NCBI GenBank assembly: GCA_964518425.1
Contig: CAZFGG010000003.1
Span: forward strand, 9,634-73,633
Length of the DNA: 64,000 bases
Source: an uncultured Gammaproteobacteria bacterium
GTDB lineage: Bacteria > Patescibacteriota > Patescibacteriia > SBBC01 > CAIJZX01
Direction of reading: 5' to 3'
A program made the translations under genes and the position numbers. The number at the start of each line of letters is the position of its first letter. The first letter of the stretch is position 1. The notes under the pieces were generated by a model, which worked only from the letters and a program-made list of their open reading frames with translations, ran no database searches and was not told where the DNA came from. This document shows, in pieces, positions 49,992-60,200 of this stretch.

Positions 49992-51412
49992 AGGGACGGG
50001 GCGGGTGGTGGAGGGGGCATGGTCGGAGGCGGAGGCGGAATCGTTGGCGAGACAGGCGTCGTTACCGTTGGAGGGACCGTCATATCGAGGTTGTGTTGAA
50101 CGAGTACTTGCGCTCGTTGAAGTTCATTTAATTCCCGCTGCAACTGATCAGATTTTTTTCGAGCGTCTTTCTCTAACGTCGCTAAGTCATGCTGGAATGT
50201 CGAGCGAATCCGGAGACGACGCACGATGAGGATCGTCAAGGCAATCAAGAGCAAGACCCCGAGTCCGAGAACGACAGCGTTAGCAACTGCTGGATTTCGC
50301 AATAATGGTACCCGGGCGAAGAACGATAGTCCAGCGGCCGTGACCGTTAATGTGACGCTGCCATCGGTCGCGTTGCCGGCCCGGTCGAAAGCCCGAACTT
50401 GCCATGCATACTTGCCAGCGGCCAAGGGGTTGATGATGTAGGGACTGGATGTTTCAACAAACAGCGTGTTGCCGGAACCGTCGCCACCGAGCGTCACTTG
50501 TCGAACTTCATAGTGATCGAGTCCCGAAGCTGCGTCCGTCGTTAAAAAACGTAAGGTTGTCGTATCTTGAGTGGTGACAATTGATTGGTCGATTTTCGGC
50601 GTGAACCCCGCGGGGGGCGTCGTGTCGATCTGGACCGGGTAGGACGTCGTTCCGCCCCAACTGACCGTCAGGGCCCGGATGTGAAAATACCAAACGCCAT
50701 CACTCGTAGCCTTGACGCTCGCTGAGGTTTGGGTCGTATCCACTTTTTCGTCGGGTGTCGACTTGGCCGTTTGATCGAAACTGTAGCTGTAGCCAAGTGC
50801 GCTGTCGATCGGTTCCCAGGCGAGTTGGACCTGGGAATTGCTATACCACTCATTACTATCCGGATGGGTCGGACTAGTCACGACCGGGCCAGCAGGGGGA
50901 GGGGTTTTGAGAGTAAGTTGAGCGGTCCCACTGCTGGTTAAGATGTTTGTTCCTTTGCCGTCGTTCCGTAAAACTTGTGAGGTCGGAGCAAACTTTATGG
51001 TGGCCGGGCCGGGTGATTTAACGCGAAACGTAACCGTGCTAATAACGCCGCCACTCGTTTTAATACCAGGGTTTGGCAGGCCTCCTTGAAAATGAATCGT
51101 GCCGTCGGTGTTAGAATACGACGGGGCAGTGACCCAAATCGAGATAAACGACGTACTGGCGACCGGATTAACGACTTGGAGTTTATCAGCCGGAAAAAGA
51201 ATATCAGCTTGGACCGCGTTGATGGCTTCCCCGCCAGTATCAACCAGGAACGACACGTCAATCGTACTACCGACTTCGTAGGTACCAGCTAGCGGTGAGA
51301 TGCTCAAGCTGGCGCCAGAGGCATACACAATTCGCCCCGTCGCGAGAAGTAGGATCAAGCTGAGCCCGACCGTCAGTGACCGACGCCCTGAGCCTGTGAT
51401 CTGTCGGACCAT
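49988..51412 (-). CDS. Cohesin-like domain surface protein with C-terminal TM and coiled coil
   Basis: SLSISP...VDTGGEAINAV...TFRVK...VLRNDGKGT; extended -10 TGGTATACT 8 nt before ATG 51412. Confidence 0.75.
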   Translation of the reverse strand: MVRQITGSGRRSLTVGLSLILLLATGRIVYASGASLSISPLAGTYEVGSTIDVSFLVDTGGEAINAVQADILFPADKLQVVNPVASTSFISIWVTAPSYSNTDGTIHFQGGLPNPGIKTSGGVISTVTFRVKSPGPATIKFAPTSQVLRNDGKGTNILTSSGTAQLTLKTPPPAGPVVTSPTHPDSNEWYSNSQVQLAWEPIDSALGYSYSFDQTAKSTPDEKVDTTQTSASVKATSDGVWYFHIRALTVSWGGTTSYPVQIDTTPPAGFTPKIDQSIVTTQDTTTLRFLTTDAASGLDHYEVRQVTLGGDGSGNTLFVETSSPYIINPLAAGKYAWQVRAFDRAGNATDGSVTLTVTAAGLSFFARVPLLRNPAVANAVVLGLGVLLLIALTILIVRRLRIRSTFQHDLATLEKDARKKSDQLQRELNELQRAQVLVQHNLDMTVPPTVTTPVSPTIPPPPPTMPPPPPAPSL

Positions 51413-51434
51413 AGGCGGTGAGTATACCACAAGC

Positions 51435-52556
51435 TTAGCGCCGACGTTGGCGTCGCGTGAAGAACAAAACTCCGCCGACAACGATGACGACAGCGGCTGT
51501 CGCAAGGCTATCGCGGACGAGAACCGAGTGTCCAGTCAGGTGAATGGTTGCCGCACGTTCATTACCAGCCTGATCGCGAACGATAATCATCGCGTCATGG
51601 CCGCGCCACTCCGGCTTGATGACGAGCGGACTGGTCACTATTCCTTTGTCCACGTTGCCGACGCGAAGGTGGGCATCAGCTACCCCCGAGGTGGTGTCCG
51701 TGGTCGTCCAACTCATCGTCGGTTGCCCGTTCGTTTGGCTCGACGGGAGCAGCAGGATAGAAAATGGTGATGGCGGTTCGCGATCGAGGAGGAACCTGTA
51801 CTGACTCACGCGAGACCAAACACCATCCCCAACTTCACTTTTGATGGTGAAAAAATACACGCCGTCGCTCAAGCCATCGTAGTCAACCGAACCTGGCATT
51901 GGTTCGGCGGTGTCATCGGGGACATCATCAATTTTTGAAGATAACCGGTAGCTATAGATCGTTCCGGATGGAATCGTCCAACGAACATGAATCGTGTCAA
52001 TGGCCGTCCATCGATCAGGTGTCGGGATCGTCGAGGCATCGAGCGGAATACTCTGGACCAGCGTGTCGGCCAGCATCACATCGAGAGGTGAGCTCGTCAG
52101 ATCTAAGCGAGTTCCCTGACCATCATTCAGGTAGGCTGATGATATTTTTTGTTGGAGTGAGATCTGCCCGATGCCCGAGGCGAGACTGCGGAAGACCAGC
52201 GTCGCGACGGGAGCATCAATGGCGACTAATCCATGTGGCCGCCCAGCAACGAGACTAACCGTGCCGCTGTGGTTGTCCCATCCTGGTTCTTCCGGCCAGA
52301 GTGTCCAAATCGACTGCTGCCGCTCAACGCGCAGAAGTTCAAATTGAGTGCTGCTGAAGGCCAGGTGAAGATCGACCGCATTAATGATTCGGCCAAGACT
52401 ATCCATCCGGACCTCAACGCTGACGGTATCACCGGCCCGAACAAGGCCCGCCGGTCCAACGAGATGAACGTTCGGACTGGAGGCAGCCATGGCCGGCCGA
52501 ATGAATGCCAACCCAGCCACGGCGATGACGATGATGGCGTATCTTATCCGGTCCAT
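51435..52556 (-). CDS. Cohesin-like domain protein with C-terminal TM and basic tail
   Basis: GDTVSVEV...INAVD...LVFRS..YLNDGQGT; ends TM-RRQRRR. Confidence 0.7.
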   Translation of the reverse strand: MDRIRYAIIVIAVAGLAFIRPAMAASSPNVHLVGPAGLVRAGDTVSVEVRMDSLGRIINAVDLHLAFSSTQFELLRVERQQSIWTLWPEEPGWDNHSGTVSLVAGRPHGLVAIDAPVATLVFRSLASGIGQISLQQKISSAYLNDGQGTRLDLTSSPLDVMLADTLVQSIPLDASTIPTPDRWTAIDTIHVRWTIPSGTIYSYRLSSKIDDVPDDTAEPMPGSVDYDGLSDGVYFFTIKSEVGDGVWSRVSQYRFLLDREPPSPFSILLLPSSQTNGQPTMSWTTTDTTSGVADAHLRVGNVDKGIVTSPLVIKPEWRGHDAMIIVRDQAGNERAATIHLTGHSVLVRDSLATAAVVIVVGGVLFFTRRQRRR

Positions 52557-53863
52557 TGGAAGAGCATAATACTAAAGTCTGTCAGGTCAACGCGACCATC
52601 GTGATTGATGTCCGCCCGGCTGTTACTCGGATTCGTCTGGCGCCAGAAGAACAAGAGGATACTAAAATCGACGATGTTGACCTGGCCATCACCATTCAGG
52701 TCGGCCGGCGGCTTGCCATCGAACAAGCCCAGTGGGTTCACCGCGAAGGTCACGACCGCGCTCGCTTCGGAGGCAACACTACCACCGAGCACGGCCCGGG
52801 CCTGAGCTGTGTGTGTTCCAACACCTAAGGCTGTTGTATCAACTGATTTTGACCAGCGTCCTTGATCATCTGGATTGAGCGTAAATGACGTCGCTTGGAC
52901 TGAGTGGACGGTAAGTGTCAGGGCGCTGTCTGGAGTCGTCGTACCGGAAATAAGGACCGGCGTACCAATCTTAACGGTCCTGGTATTAATCGCGATCGAG
53001 GGACCAAGAAAGACGCCGCTAATGAAGGTCGTGGTGCTCGGGCTCAACGTTAAAGCAAAGGTGACTGGGCTCAGGACATTCTGCTGGTCATCGGTACCAT
53101 CGACTTCATAGACGACGGCTCCGGTCGGCTGATCGGAGAGGGTAATCGAAAACCTTGCTTGCGCATCAGCCGGCGTCGTGTTCACTAATTGACCATTACG
53201 GTTGATGGTCACCGTCGCGGTCGGAGCGGCATACCCGCTGAAGATGACGGTTGGGTTGGTCGGACCGGGCGGGGTGGTTTCTACCACTTCCGCTGACACC
53301 ACAACTTGGTCACTGCTGAGAACCGATAAAAAAAACTGGAAAGTATCAATTGGTGTTACGCCATTGGTGGTCGTCAGGTTAACAATCAGTCCCTGGGCCG
53401 GTGGCGGCGTTCCCAATTTAGCAATTGACCCGTCCGTCACGGACCAGCCATAGAGGGTTCCGGCGACCAAGGGACCGACCCCACTGACCGTGATGGTGTC
53501 AACGCTGCTCGAGCCGCTGCCTTGAACACAGTCGGCAGTGAGTGTTCCCGGTAGCGGCGTCGCGTTTTCTGTCACCCCCTCCGGACTACTGATGCCGCTG
53601 ACGCTCAAATCTACACCGGCCGTCCGGCACCACTGGCCGTCATCGCCGTCGGGAAAATCAAAAACAACGGTATTTGAAGAACCCGGGAGAGAAGTAGCTG
53701 GATTAAAAAAAACTTGATGAACTTCGCCCCCAGCCAAGTTGGCCTGTTGTCGCATCAAGTAATCCCGAACTTGGCTCAAACTACCAGCGTGAGCTCCGTG
53801 GGCGGAGAAGGCAAAAAACGTGATGACGACGAGACAGGCTAATCGCCAACGTTCCAGCCTCAT
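52544..53863 (-). CDS. Secreted protein: domain A, Ig-like domains, C-terminal dockerin
   Basis: Duplicated DLNGDGQVNIVDFSILL / DINHDGRVDLTDFSIML; N-domain homologous to 54897 and 56018. Confidence 0.8.
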   Translation of the reverse strand: MRLERWRLACLVVITFFAFSAHGAHAGSLSQVRDYLMRQQANLAGGEVHQVFFNPATSLPGSSNTVVFDFPDGDDGQWCRTAGVDLSVSGISSPEGVTENATPLPGTLTADCVQGSGSSSVDTITVSGVGPLVAGTLYGWSVTDGSIAKLGTPPPAQGLIVNLTTTNGVTPIDTFQFFLSVLSSDQVVVSAEVVETTPPGPTNPTVIFSGYAAPTATVTINRNGQLVNTTPADAQARFSITLSDQPTGAVVYEVDGTDDQQNVLSPVTFALTLSPSTTTFISGVFLGPSIAINTRTVKIGTPVLISGTTTPDSALTLTVHSVQATSFTLNPDDQGRWSKSVDTTALGVGTHTAQARAVLGGSVASEASAVVTFAVNPLGLFDGKPPADLNGDGQVNIVDFSILLFFWRQTNPSNSRADINHDGRVDLTDFSIMLFQWTG

Positions 53864-53869
53864 GGAGAA

Positions 53870-54859
53870 TTACTTCTTCGGGGATCCGCTGGCCCGGCGG
53901 ATAATCATGGCGTTATACTGCCGGAGGCCAATGACCAGGGCATAGATGACGGCCACAATCACGAGAAGAATAACCAGCAATAATTGCCATGGGAAAATGG
54001 TGAATCGGACGGTTCCAACGAGTGGTTGGTTGGTGCTACCGTAGGTCAAATTCAAGCTAGCGGTATACGTCCCTAAGGCGAAATTGTGCCACTCGGCTCC
54101 AACTTCGTGGAAGAACCCTCCGCGTCCCTGGTCAACGCTACTTTTCGCCCAGGCGACGTCAAAGTGCCGAGACGAGTTTGGCAAAATAGCTCCGCGGCTA
54201 GAATTGAAGACGAGCGAGGCTGTCTGCCCGCCAAACATGTTATGAATAACGACTGTTCCTTCTGGACGGATATGAACGTTGCCAGTGTTGTTAATAACCG
54301 TTTCAATCGTTACCGGCGGACGCGTAAACGATCGGGTTCCACTTTTGACGACAAGGCTTTCAACCTTGGCCGATTCATTCAGCTGTCCTTGGACAGTCAG
54401 AATGATCAACGTTCCGATTTTTGAAGCAATCAAGACTGTTCCGCCCTGCCCGGCGTTCGGTTGAGTGCCGAAGAACAAGGCCGCGTAGTGACCGCCCGGA
54501 GCGGCATCTTTCGGAACGGTGATCGTGACCGGGACAGTCACGTTCTCGTTTGGCGCTAAGGCGTATTGTGTCGGCTTGACCGAAATCCATGAAGCCAAGT
54601 CTTCTTGTTTTCCTTGCGGATCAAACTTCGGCGTTCCATCTTCGTCAGCCGCGGTAAAGTTCGACGTTGACGTAAACAATGTCACCGGGTCAGACGACTC
54701 ATTGTAGAGCTTGATTGACGTGGTCAATGACTCACCGGGTTGGGCACCAAATTCAAGACTCGGCGGAACAAGTGTAATCGCTCGGGCGGCTGGAGAAAAG
54801 AATATTGCCCCGATGATGATAATAACTGAGGCCAGTGCTCGAGTAATGTTTTTGTTCAT
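53870..54859 (-). CDS. DUF916/DUF3324-like (WxL-interacting, PapD-like) membrane protein
   Basis: LASWI, VTITVPKDAAPGGHY, NTGNVH..P.G, GTY.A.L.L.YG, C-terminal TM. Confidence 0.7.
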   Translation of the reverse strand: MNKNITRALASVIIIIGAIFFSPAARAITLVPPSLEFGAQPGESLTTSIKLYNESSDPVTLFTSTSNFTAADEDGTPKFDPQGKQEDLASWISVKPTQYALAPNENVTVPVTITVPKDAAPGGHYAALFFGTQPNAGQGGTVLIASKIGTLIILTVQGQLNESAKVESLVVKSGTRSFTRPPVTIETVINNTGNVHIRPEGTVVIHNMFGGQTASLVFNSSRGAILPNSSRHFDVAWAKSSVDQGRGGFFHEVGAEWHNFALGTYTASLNLTYGSTNQPLVGTVRFTIFPWQLLLVILLVIVAVIYALVIGLRQYNAMIIRRASGSPKK

Positions 54860-54896
54860 GGTTGTGTCCCCTCCAGGATTAATACTGTTGGTTCTT

Positions 54897-55979
54897 TTAA
54901 AACTTCCCCGTCGTCACTAAGGTACTGGTGCTCGTGTAACTACCAGCTTTCGTTGTGCCAGAGACACCAGCGCCAAAGCATAGGGTCGTTGTCTGCGCAC
55001 TGACTGGAGCGCTGGCAGAGGCAAAGCTTTGGAAAGATGTTGAGAGTGCCGTCAGGTTGGTCGTGCTGGTAGTGGTAGCACAGGATGTTGGGTTCCACTG
55101 GGCGATCGTGTTGCCGGATTGTGAAGACGAAGCGCCATAGCCTTCGTTACCGATGGCTAACGTGCTACCAGGGACGTTCTGGATTGTGTTGCTACCGGAA
55201 GTAAGCGTCGCGTTGTAGTTCACTAAGGAGGCATAGCCGTTGGCACCATTCGTCGTGACTTGGCTGGTAATACCGGCTTGGTTGATGTGACCGGTATCGA
55301 GGGTACCGAGTGAAGCGGTGTTGGCACTCAGGACAACCGTCAAGGTTGGATTGACCGTGGCTGACACGGCGACTTGGTCGTTCGAAATAATTGAGAGAGC
55401 GACGGTTCCCGAATCAACATCGGCCGAGGCTCCCGTTTGGGTTTTGACGGTGACCTGAATGTCGTTCGCTGCGGCTGAGGTCGTTCCCAGTAAAGCGGTT
55501 GGCGATCCGGCTTGGGCAATGCGGACACCATATTTTGTCGTGCCGGACAGTGCCGCGACGTTGCTAATGGTAATCGTATCTGGCGTTTGGCTACAGGCGG
55601 TGCTGAAGCTGCTCGAGGAGGTCAAGGCTGAAGCTGATTCTGTCGCACCGGTTGGGTTGGTAATACCGGTCGCGACTAAGTCTGAGCCGGTCGTTCGGCA
55701 CCACTTGGTATTGTGGTTAGCGCCAGAGGGGAAGATGATCACGACTTTGCCGCCCGAAGAAACCGCGCTGACCGTTGTGAAAAAGACTTCCAGTTGCAAT
55801 CCGCTGGCGAGGTCCGCGATTTGGCGACTGAGGTAAACACGAGGAGTTGAGAGAGTACCAACGGCAAAAGCATTGTTGATCGGATACGAACAAACAAGAA
55901 GGCTCAGTACGCCAATCAATGCTGTCCAACGTGACAAACGGATTCTCTGGCTCTTAGTGATTATAGGGAGGTTCTTCAT
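54897..55979 (-). CDS. Secreted Ser/Thr-rich structural subunit (domains A+B), paralog 2
   Basis: Signal peptide; C-terminal half nearly identical to 56018; ends AGSYTSTSTLVTTGKF. Confidence 0.75.
   Translation of the reverse strand: MKNLPIITKSQRIRLSRWTALIGVLSLLVCSYPINNAFAVGTLSTPRVYLSRQIADLASGLQLEVFFTTVSAVSSGGKVVIIFPSGANHNTKWCRTTGSDLVATGITNPTGATESASALTSSSSFSTACSQTPDTITISNVAALSGTTKYGVRIAQAGSPTALLGTTSAAANDIQVTVKTQTGASADVDSGTVALSIISNDQVAVSATVNPTLTVVLSANTASLGTLDTGHINQAGITSQVTTNGANGYASLVNYNATLTSGSNTIQNVPGSTLAIGNEGYGASSSQSGNTIAQWNPTSCATTTSTTNLTALSTSFQSFASASAPVSAQTTTLCFGAGVSGTTKAGSYTSTSTLVTTGKF
55240..55382. repeat. 143-bp exact repeat, copy 1
   Basis: Identical to 56361-56503 by base-wise comparison. 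Confidence 0.9.
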
Positions 55980-56017
55980 ATCGTCCAGGCTAGAATGAAA
56001 AGTAGTTAGAGGGTGTA

Positions 56018-57118
56018 TTAAAACTTCCCCGTTGTCACTAAGGTACTGGTGCTCGTGTAACTACCGGCTTTGGTTGTGCCGGAGACACCCGCGCCAAAGC
56101 ACAGGGTGGTCGTTTGGGCGCTCACCGGAGCACTGGCGGAAGCAAATGATTTGAAGCTCGTGGAGAGGGCCGTCAGGTTGGTGGTACTGGTAGTCGTAGA
56201 ACATGCCGTCGGGTTCCACTGAGCAATCGTATTGCCAGATTGTGAAGATGCCGCACCATAACCTTCGTTACCAATGGCTAAGGTGCTACCAGGCACATCT
56301 TGGATGGTGTTACTTCCAGACGTGAGGGTAGCATTGTAGTTCACTAGTGACGCATAGCCATTGGCACCATTCGTCGTGACTTGGCTGGTAATACCGGCTT
56401 GGTTGATGTGACCGGTATCGAGGGTACCGAGTGAAGCGGTGTTGGCACTCAGGACAACCGTCAAGGTTGGATTGACCGTGGCTGACACGGCGACTTGGTC
56501 GTTGGTGATGAGAGACATGGCCAAGGTTCCACTATCGATATCTACCGATGAGTTGTTTGTCGTCGTCACTAAGACCTGAATATCGTTACCGGCCGAGGCG
56601 GCCGTCCCGAGTAGGGCGGTCGGTGATCCTGCTTGAGCGATTTGAACACCATACTTGGTTGTCGCTGAAAGGGTCGTGAAGTTGGCCACGATAATCTTGT
56701 CAAAGCTACTGCCACCAGATCCTTGGGTACAGCTCGCGGTGACTGAACCGCCGGGTAGGGTCGTGGCACTTTCCGTCGCGCCGGTTGGGTTAGCAATGCC
56801 GGTCACCACTAAATCGGTTCCAGCCGTCCGACACCATTTGCCATCGTCGGCATCGGGAAACTGTAGGGTGATTTTCGCGCTCGCACCACCCGTCACTGAA
56901 CTGACCGTCGTGAAGAATACTTGGTGGGTAATGCCGCTGGCGACATCCGCTTGCTGCCGGCTCAAGTAGTCTCGAGGAGTGCTCAGGACCCCGACCGCCA
57001 GAGCGTTACGAATAGGCAGGCTAGAAAACGCCAGTCCAAGAATTGTGAGAACAGCAAAAAAACGGGCGAAAATGGCTCGCGTTGTTTTATTTGGTCCAGA
57101 CCGAAATTTCATGGTCAT
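56018..57118 (-). CDS. Secreted Ser/Thr-rich structural subunit (domains A+B), paralog 1
   Basis: Signal peptide; WCRTAG.DL and NDQVAVSATVNP motifs; consensus promoter upstream. Confidence 0.75.
   Translation of the reverse strand: MTMKFRSGPNKTTRAIFARFFAVLTILGLAFSSLPIRNALAVGVLSTPRDYLSRQQADVASGITHQVFFTTVSSVTGGASAKITLQFPDADDGKWCRTAGTDLVVTGIANPTGATESATTLPGGSVTASCTQGSGGSSFDKIIVANFTTLSATTKYGVQIAQAGSPTALLGTAASAGNDIQVLVTTTNNSSVDIDSGTLAMSLITNDQVAVSATVNPTLTVVLSANTASLGTLDTGHINQAGITSQVTTNGANGYASLVNYNATLTSGSNTIQDVPGSTLAIGNEGYGAASSQSGNTIAQWNPTACSTTTSTTNLTALSTSFKSFASASAPVSAQTTTLCFGAGVSGTTKAGSYTSTSTLVTTGKF
56361..56503. repeat. 143-bp exact repeat, copy 2
   Basis: Identical to 55240-55382. Confidence 0.9.
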
Positions 57119-57167
57119 AATTGGAAAATAGTCTTGTTTTTCTTTGTTTTTACTTATTTCTGTCTAT

Positions 57168-57196
57168 AGTATAGCACTTCCTGACAAAATGGTCAA
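57168..57196 (-). promoter_or_regulatory. Consensus sigma70 promoter for the subunit genes
   Basis: TTGACC-17 nt-TATACT with extended TG. Confidence 0.75.
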
Positions 57197-57204
57197 TCCA
57201 CAGG

Positions 57205-60200
57205 CTAGAACCGACCAGTTGTCACAACCGTCAAATTGCTTGTGTAGGCCCCAGGGACTTGCGTTCCTGATAGAGCGGTCAGAAGGCAGAGCGTCGTAGC
57301 CTGTCCAGAAACCGTGCCCGATGACGAAGCGAAGCTCTTAGCAGAGGTAGACAGCGGCGTGGCGCTTGAGGCACTGGCCGTCGTGGCGCAGCTTGTCGGG
57401 TTCCACTGGGCAATCGTGTTGCCGGCCTGAGAAGTTGAGGCCCCGAACCCGGACGTACCAGCCGACATGTTGTTCGGCGGTGATCCCGTCGTATCGGCAA
57501 TTGTGTTGGCACCGCTCTGGAGGGTGTGGTCGTAGCTTACAACCGAGACGTATCCCCCGCTCCCCGTGGTCGTGACGGTGCTAGAAATACTTCCTTGGTA
57601 GACTTGGCCAGTGGTTAGCGTTCCAAACGCTACTGAGTTGCCGGATAAACTGACCGTCAGCTTCGCAAAGGTCCAACAATCATTATCTCCTTCGTTCTTA
57701 TTTGTGCCATCGGAAGCATCAATCACTCCACCCGTACTACTACAAGCTTCGGAATCTTTGACGCTGGCAAAGGTAATCGTTCTTGAACCACTGCCAGCGT
57801 TGATATGCCACTGTGAACCTCCGGCTGAACTGTGCAGAGTGACAAAGTGTCCGGATGTTCCACTGAAGTTGATGGCGGTTAACGTATAGGTTGAACCGGC
57901 GTTGAACCGGAGCTTGACGTCGTTGGTCGCGGCGGTAAACGTATTGTTCGTCGTCAGTCCGCTAGCCAGAATAACTGACGGCGACGAATCGGGATCAGAA
58001 CCGGAACTGTTGGTGATGGTTAAATTGTAGAACGTCGGCGACCCGCTGACAGTTTGTTGCGACGAGCCATTGAGGGTTAACGTATTATTCGTTGTCGGGG
58101 TAAACGTACCATTCGAGGCATCAAAGTTTCCGCTGACTGTCCAAGCTCCCGTACCGGTCGTGATCGCCGGAGTAGCTGATCCCCCTTTGGTATAGGTCAG
58201 GTTTCCGGTCAGGTTGACCACCGGGTTATTCGATCCAGAGAGCGTCAGTATCTGACTTTGGCTAGCACCAGTAATAATTTTTAGATTAGCGCTAAGGTTG
58301 TGCGTCCCGGCTGACATTGTCACGCTTCTGACGTTGGCCGTATTACCGTAGATTTCTACGTCACCACCATAGGTTCGGTTTGACATCGTCACGTTTCCGC
58401 TGACCGTATCAAAGCGGACAATACTATTAACCGTGCCGGTCGTGGGGAAAGCGGTGCCCGTGTTTTGATAGTTCAGGGTACCCGTATTGCCGCCAATGGT
58501 CCCGCTCAGGCTCAGCGTCGTGCCGCTCGTCCCAGACAAGGTGAGCGTCCGGCTAGCGTTGAGTGTTAGCGTCTTCGTGTTGTTGACGGTGAGCGTTGTG
58601 CCGACCGTCAGGTCAGATGTCGCTAAACTGATGGTGCCACCGATCGTCAGACTACTTAACGTCGCTGAACCACCAGTCAGGTTTTTACTTGTCCCGTCCA
58701 TGGTCAACGTACTCGTCCCAGCGGTAACCGTACCATTCGTCAGGTCGACGTTGCCGCTCATTGTCCATGTCCCACTCCCCATGGTCATTGTCGGCGTGCC
58801 GCTCGAGGGTTTACTAAAGGCGAAGTCCCCGGTGAGATTGACCGTTGGGTTATTCGTTGCTCCGGCTAACGTCACGTTCTGAGAATTGTTCGCGGTAATT
58901 GTTAATGTACCCGAGAGTGTGTGCGTACTGGATAACATGGTCACCGTGCGGGCTGACGACCCGGAATTGTTGTAGATTTCTACATTACCACCATAGGTTC
59001 GATTGCTCATCGTTTGATTGCCGCCGGTGGCGTCGAACCGTAGGGGCGAAGAAATTGTTCCGGTCGTCGGGAAAGCGGTTGTGCTTTGATAAACGAGCGT
59101 TCCGCTACCGCTGATAGTCCCGTTTAAGTTTAAGGTTGAACCAGAATGTGTCAGTGTTCGGCTGGCTCCCAGTGATAGTGTGTCACCGGTCGCAACCGTG
59201 ACCGTGCCGGAGGCAGTAAGATCACTACCACTAAGCGTGACGGTGCCCGTGCTTTCTGGATCAATGTTCAAGCCGCTGAGCGTAGCGTTGCCGCCAGTGA
59301 TCGTGGCCGCAGTGCCTTCCATCAGGACTGTCGATGATCCCGCGGTAATCGTCCCGCCGGTCATATCAAGATTACCGGCAATAATATGCGTCGCGTTGGC
59401 TAGAGTGATCGTGCCCGACAGCGTTAAGTTGTATAAAGCATTACTGTCCGTCGTCAGTGTCTTGCTCGAGCCGTTCATGACCAGCGTCGGCGTACCGGCC
59501 GAAACGTATCCAACGCGCATGACCGGTGGAACCGTACCTTCACTCGAATCAAAGAATTGATCAACGTCATTAATATAATTCGTGGCCACGGTAATATCCC
59601 CAGCAATACGCGATTTGACGTCACTCGTCGCCGTAGCACCGAGTTGATAATACTTGCGACCGGTCGACGTCCAATCTGTGGCCGTAGCATAGGTCTGTGA
59701 AACACCTTGTCGGGCATACATCCCTCCGGGAGCGCCTGAACTACAGCTGCTGGCATCGATACTATCGACGTTGGTCCGGCCGATAAGAACTTGCCCGCTG
59801 GCGGCAGTCGAAACATTCACCATGAGCTGCGACGAGGTAATGGTCGATGAACCGAGTCCGGAAAAGGCCGTCGATAGGCTAAAGCGCATAGCTGACTTAT
59901 AGGTATCTTCGTCGTAGGGGTAGTTACTGACGCAATCCCCACCCGTGACATGCGCAACTTCTAAGCTTGCGCCGCTCGCGCCCTGACATGAGTAGATGGT
60001 CGATTGAAGATCACAGCCCAGTCCAGCATCGTCAAAGTGCATGTCTTGAAAAACTGTCCGATCCCAGGCGGGGTTGATCACTTTTACCTGCGGCGCATAG
60101 AATCCACTAGTGAAATCAACGTTGCCGCTAACCGTCCACGTTCCACTGCCAGCTACCAGCACTTCTTCCCCACTGCCCGTACCGGTGTAGTCGAGATCGC

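Noticed and set aside
48312-53863. True cellulosome
   Set aside because: No glycoside hydrolases and no multi-cohesin scaffoldin in the window
54897-57118. DGR template/variable repeat pair
   Set aside because: No reverse transcriptase in the window; differences are synonymous rather than adenine-specific; both copies are intact genes
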